Assembly (NCBI GenBank): GCA_051747585.1
Contig: JBNJGH010000025.1
Coordinates: forward strand, 1-38,346
Length of the DNA stretch: 38,346 nt
DNA from: Candidatus Rifleibacteriota bacterium
GTDB lineage: Bacteria > Muiribacteriota > Ozemobacteria > Ozemobacterales > Ozemobacteraceae
Reading direction: 5' to 3'
Shown: in pieces, positions 34,844 through 38,346 of the stretch
Position numbering within the stretch: position 1 is the stretch's first letter
How the letters are laid out: every line of letters starts with the position of its first letter
Notes under the pieces: model-generated
Database searches by the model: none
Seen by the model: only the letters and a program-made list of their open reading frames with translations
What the model was told of the DNA's origin: nothing
Made by a program: the position numbers and the translations under genes

Positions 34844-37816
34844 TTAGATGCTGAAAGACGAGGAGTTGGAGTAGCTCGAAGGGCTGCCTCCGCCGCTGCT
34901 GGGGCTGCCACCGCTGCTGGGATAACTGCTTCCGCCGCCACCGCCGGTGGAGCCGGAGCCGGTGCTGCTGGAAGAACTGCCGGGAGAATTTGAACCGGTG
35001 TTATTCGTGCTGTCGCCGCTGCCTCCGCCCGGGCTGCCTGAGCTTGAAGAGCCGCCATCACTGCCGTTTGTGTCTGAGCTGCTACCGTCGCCGCCGCCGC
35101 TGGCTGATCCACCACCGGGGCCGCCAGCGTCACCGGAAGTATTATTTCCGCTTCCGCTACCGGGGCCGCCGCCACTTTCGCTTGTTCCGCCTGCGCCTTC
35201 AGGATCGCTTCCGGCGTCACCGTCTGCCGTGTCTTCTCCGGCACCGCCGCCTGCGCCGGTTCCGGGGTCGTCATCACTGAACTCGGAATCAGGCTTGTTA
35301 TGAGCGACAAGCCCATCGGCAACATAGGTTGGATAAGGCTCTACCTTGGCGAGATTGTAAACTTTCTGCCGCGAAACTTTGGTAAAAATACCAGCAACCT
35401 TCAGCCAGCCCTTGGAAATATGTCTAATTTGCTGACCAACTCTCAAGGTTTTAACTTTCATACCATGATCAGTCAGGGTTGCTTCAGGATCGATAGAAGC
35501 CCAGCCTTTTCCAGTATAAAGCGGATGCTCATTGGTAAGATTCAACTCATCGCCATTTTCGAATTCAATTTTGGTTAAATGGTTGCGAACCGGGCTTTCA
35601 AGAGCCATAACTCGACCTTCTACAAATCTTTGCCTGTTTGTATCGTAAGACTTAACCCGATCACCAATAATCACATCTTCAATGTTTTTAAACGAACCGT
35701 CAGCCATTTCTATACGAGTTCCTGCAGCAAAACAGCAGGAAGTACATTCGTGGTCGGTTGAGCCACTGTCATTTGTCGGAGGATCCGGGATTTCTTCGAA
35801 TTCCCACTTGCCCTGGGTAGGCGGTATGCCGGGAGTTCCGGGGGAACCGTCCCATTCCCCGCCATCTTCGTAAGAAATGGGCGGATGGGCAGTGTTGAAA
35901 GGAGCTTCAGGCTCGACAATTTCGATGCCATCGGTAAAGTCTCCATCGCCATCGGAGCCGGTTTCGTCAGTTGAAATCGGATAAGTTCGTTCGCCACCGT
36001 TGGGATCCCCGCCTGAAGGTTCGTATGTTCTGCTTGAACCAGTAGGATATGGAATTTCGACTTCTTCTCCGCCTTCGTATTCCCAGGCAGGCGGTCCGGG
36101 GGGAACGCCGGGAGTGCCTGGTATCCAAACTGACCGGTAGCCCTCGGGCGGCGCAGGAGCCGGACCAGGTTCATCGGGTAAAGGCCAGTCAATATTTGCC
36201 AGGTATCTTTCTTCTTCTTTTGGAAAATCGGCACTTTCAGAAGAATAATATTTGCGGAAAAAATCAACCAGATCCTGCATCTGTATGGCAAAATTGTTTA
36301 CCGGATCGACATAAGAATATGATTTTTTAATTTTCTGTATTTGAATCTTGATTGGGTATGGTTCTGCATCGTCTTTGACTATGTAAATGCTGTTATCATC
36401 TTCACGAATAGTTGAATTTTCTCCGAAGCCGCCTTCATTTTCCTGAACCTCAAATGCTCTTGTGGCATCCGGCAACCAGGCAAGCTGCTCCACAAACTGA
36501 CTGACAGGCAGGTTCAGCTTTGGAGAAAGAAGACTTAAAAACTGGCCTTTGTACATTTTAGGCTCATAAAATCTGGAATCCATTCTGGGTTTTGAATTAA
36601 GCGTCCATTGAATTCCATGCTTGGAAAGAAAATCTACCATTTCCTGAGGGGCACTTGTTTTAACATGATCCAGCTTCAAATAAGCCTCTTTTTTTGCTTC
36701 ATCTTTCTTTTCCCAGTTTGTTCCGGGAGGGACAAAATTCTGCAGAAGATAAGCAAGAAAAAGGTTTTCTGCTCTCTCGCGAGTCATATTAGTAATTTCT
36801 GGAGGAAACAGTTCAAGCAATTCGCTATCGCTTAATTTTTCGGGTAAATTCTCGTTTTTAATCTCTTTTGCTTTGTCTTCAAGTTTGTTATGAGCAACGA
36901 AGTTAAGCAGGAAGGCATCTGAAGTTTGTGCCACAAAGCTTGAAACTGCATATCGATCAGAGAGATTGGAAATATCAAAATCAGGGAAAAGTCCAAGATC
37001 AATTTTGGTAATTCTTACCATTTTTTTAAGTGTTTTTAAATTTGCAGGGCTGCCATGACCTGGATTTTTTTCAATGGAAACAAGCTCATCGCCGGATTTA
37101 CAATTATCTCCACCGCTCATGGCAAGAGACTTAATCTTACCGTGCGAGGCAGCATAAACGGGAATTCCTGTTGCAGAGCCATCAGCTCTATCGAGTTCTG
37201 CAACCACGGTATTTAAATCTACTTCTTGTCCCGGGTAGACCTTGTAATTTTTCAGAATAAATTCTGCTTCTTCTCCGCTGGTAGGACGCGGAACTTCCAT
37301 TCTAACTTCATAGGGGTTATAAGAAGGATCAGAATAGATAATTCCATGAGTTGAATCACTGTTAAGAGCAGGCTCAGGGGAAATAATAAACCTGCCATAA
37401 ACCAGACATTTTTTTCCGCCATATTCTGCCAGTGAAAAAACATCGACGTGATGCAGCAACCACAATTGCTGCATTCCAAAAATATCTGAAACCGGTGTTT
37501 TATTGGCTACATCCTGGCAGGCAATGGTAAGCGAGCCTTCTCCCCCCGGAGGAGAGATGCTTTCCACAACGCCGGTTGGACGGCCCTTACTTCCATCTTT
37601 GCTAAATGGTTGCTGATACCATCTATTTTTGCGCAATCTGCCTTCTACGTAATCAATCCCCGAAAGGGCTATTATTTCAGCACTTTGATGACCGATCTGT
37701 TGTTTAACCTGTCTCATTTCGCCGCGAGAATATTTCAATAAAGCCATAACCATAGTAAAAAACGCGGCAAGAATTATAAGAACCAGAAATATACTCGATC
37801 CTTTTTTTAGTTTCAT
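34844..37816 (-). CDS. PilX/GspK-like minor pilin fused to a lipoyl-like domain, Pro-rich linker, Hint (intein-like) domain and Gly/Ser-rich tail
   Basis: KLKKG|SSIFLVLIIL class III-like signal and the A..IA.SG pilin helix. Hint from CFAAGTRI..ADG..KNIEDV..GD.V through TNEHP and VYNL to VAHN (aa 695-840, nt 35734-35297). Confidence 0.88.
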   Translation of the reverse strand: MKLKKGSSIFLVLIILAAFFTMVMALLKYSRGEMRQVKQQIGHQSAEIIALSGIDYVEGRLRKNRWYQQPFSKDGSKGRPTGVVESISPPGGEGSLTIACQDVANKTPVSDIFGMQQLWLLHHVDVFSLAEYGGKKCLVYGRFIISPEPALNSDSTHGIIYSDPSYNPYEVRMEVPRPTSGEEAEFILKNYKVYPGQEVDLNTVVAELDRADGSATGIPVYAASHGKIKSLAMSGGDNCKSGDELVSIEKNPGHGSPANLKTLKKMVRITKIDLGLFPDFDISNLSDRYAVSSFVAQTSDAFLLNFVAHNKLEDKAKEIKNENLPEKLSDSELLELFPPEITNMTRERAENLFLAYLLQNFVPPGTNWEKKDEAKKEAYLKLDHVKTSAPQEMVDFLSKHGIQWTLNSKPRMDSRFYEPKMYKGQFLSLLSPKLNLPVSQFVEQLAWLPDATRAFEVQENEGGFGENSTIREDDNSIYIVKDDAEPYPIKIQIQKIKKSYSYVDPVNNFAIQMQDLVDFFRKYYSSESADFPKEEERYLANIDWPLPDEPGPAPAPPEGYRSVWIPGTPGVPPGPPAWEYEGGEEVEIPYPTGSSRTYEPSGGDPNGGERTYPISTDETGSDGDGDFTDGIEIVEPEAPFNTAHPPISYEDGGEWDGSPGTPGIPPTQGKWEFEEIPDPPTNDSGSTDHECTSCCFAAGTRIEMADGSFKNIEDVIIGDRVKSYDTNRQRFVEGRVMALESPVRNHLTKIEFENGDELNLTNEHPLYTGKGWASIDPEATLTDHGMKVKTLRVGQQIRHISKGWLKVAGIFTKVSRQKVYNLAKVEPYPTYVADGLVAHNKPDSEFSDDDPGTGAGGGAGEDTADGDAGSDPEGAGGTSESGGGPGSGSGNNTSGDAGGPGGGSASGGGDGSSSDTNGSDGGSSSSGSPGGGSGDSTNNTGSNSPGSSSSSTGSGSTGGGGGSSYPSSGGSPSSGGGSPSSYSNSSSFSI

Positions 37817-37828
37817 CTTGGTACCCCT

Positions 37829-38341
37829 TTAAATCAAGTTAGCCAGGTTGACCATTCCGGAAAACTCAAGATCTTTATTTCCCTTGGCCGTCAAACAGAT
37901 CTTATATTCAATCAGGTTGGATTCTGTGCGTCTTACCCGGAAGGATTTGACGTTACGAGATATTGATCTGCCGTTAACCACTTTTCCATTATGAATATTA
38001 TCGTAGTTAATCAAAACCAGCCTGTTTTTGTCGTTCACATAAAAGATAAATATCTGATTCAGGGAATCCCTGAATATTACCGAGTTTTTCCAACTATGTT
38101 TGGATGAAGAATCAGGATAAATTACTTCTGTAGCAAGTTTTAGCGAGCTGTTAACTGAATAGCTCACTTTTCGGACATCATGATAGACATCAAGCCTGTT
38201 CATGGTATTTACTGATTTTCTTGAATAGGTAAATACCGGCATCAATATGAGCAACAAAAGAGAAAGCAAAGCAATTGCCACCAGTAGTTCTATAATAGTA
38301 AATCCACGAATATTTTTCATGAGTAAGGCCTTACTTTCCAA
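37829..38341 (-). CDS. Type IV minor pilin / pseudopilin (PilW/GspJ-like)
   Basis: NIRG|FTIIELLVAI with Glu5. The real start may be the ATG at 38320. The operon probably continues beyond the window. Confidence 0.88.
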   Translation of the reverse strand: MESKALLMKNIRGFTIIELLVAIALLSLLLLILMPVFTYSRKSVNTMNRLDVYHDVRKVSYSVNSSLKLATEVIYPDSSSKHSWKNSVIFRDSLNQIFIFYVNDKNRLVLINYDNIHNGKVVNGRSISRNVKSFRVRRTESNLIEYKICLTAKGNKDLEFSGMVNLANLI

Positions 38342-38346
38342 CGGGC

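Noticed and set aside
34834..35325. Alternative Ala/Pro-rich ORFs (34834-35325 -, 34947-35303 +, 34990-35280 +)
   Set aside because: Shadow frames of the GC-rich Gly/Ser tail of the 990-aa gene. Low-complexity GC-rich DNA lacks stop codons.
35297..35734. Classical mobile intein with a homing endonuclease
   Set aside because: Only 146 aa, no LAGLIDADG or HNH insert, +1 residue is Lys rather than Cys/Ser/Thr, and the host is an exported protein. It fits a bacterial intein-like Hint domain instead.
35710..36291. 193-aa overlapping - strand ORF suggesting a frameshift in the pilin-Hint gene
   Set aside because: The main frame is open throughout, and the alternative frame has no recognisable motifs and coincides with the GC-rich Pro-rich linker.

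Overview
AT-rich (~40% GC by eye) bacterial chromosomal segment with about 30 supported CDSs. I saw no rRNA, tRNA, CRISPR array or transposase. The gene content (tungsten-type AOR, U32 protein, thyX, many class III prepilin genes) suggests an anaerobe. It is reminiscent of Ca. Riflebacteria, but that taxonomy is unverified. Left to right: a radical SAM gene; a + strand operon (serine hydrolase, U32, GNAT, membrane protein, SAM methyltransferase); a sigma54-promoter-driven secreted Lys-rich protein; a GT87 glycosyltransferase; a - strand operon (sensor-less sigma54 activator, ComFB, STAS, rpmE, thyX, pheA-like); an 880-bp intergenic region with a candidate structured ncRNA and nested palindromic repeats; RRM, YkgJ, ferredoxin and AOR genes; an ankyrin gene boxed by inverted repeats; a DUF2760-Hsp70-Hsp70 triad; and a ~14.5-kb - strand envelope/type IV minor-pilin region. 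The most striking feature is a 990-aa PilX/GspK-like minor pilin. It carries a Lys-less lipoyl-like domain, a Pro-rich linker, an intact-looking Hint (intein-like) domain and a Gly/Ser tail, so it may be a self-processing pilus subunit. It lies next to a 1642-aa secreted protein and a second minor-pilin set. Two inverted copies of a ~219-bp MITE-like element lie at 10-228 and 34566-34783. All family assignments come from motif recognition by eye; no database searches were run.
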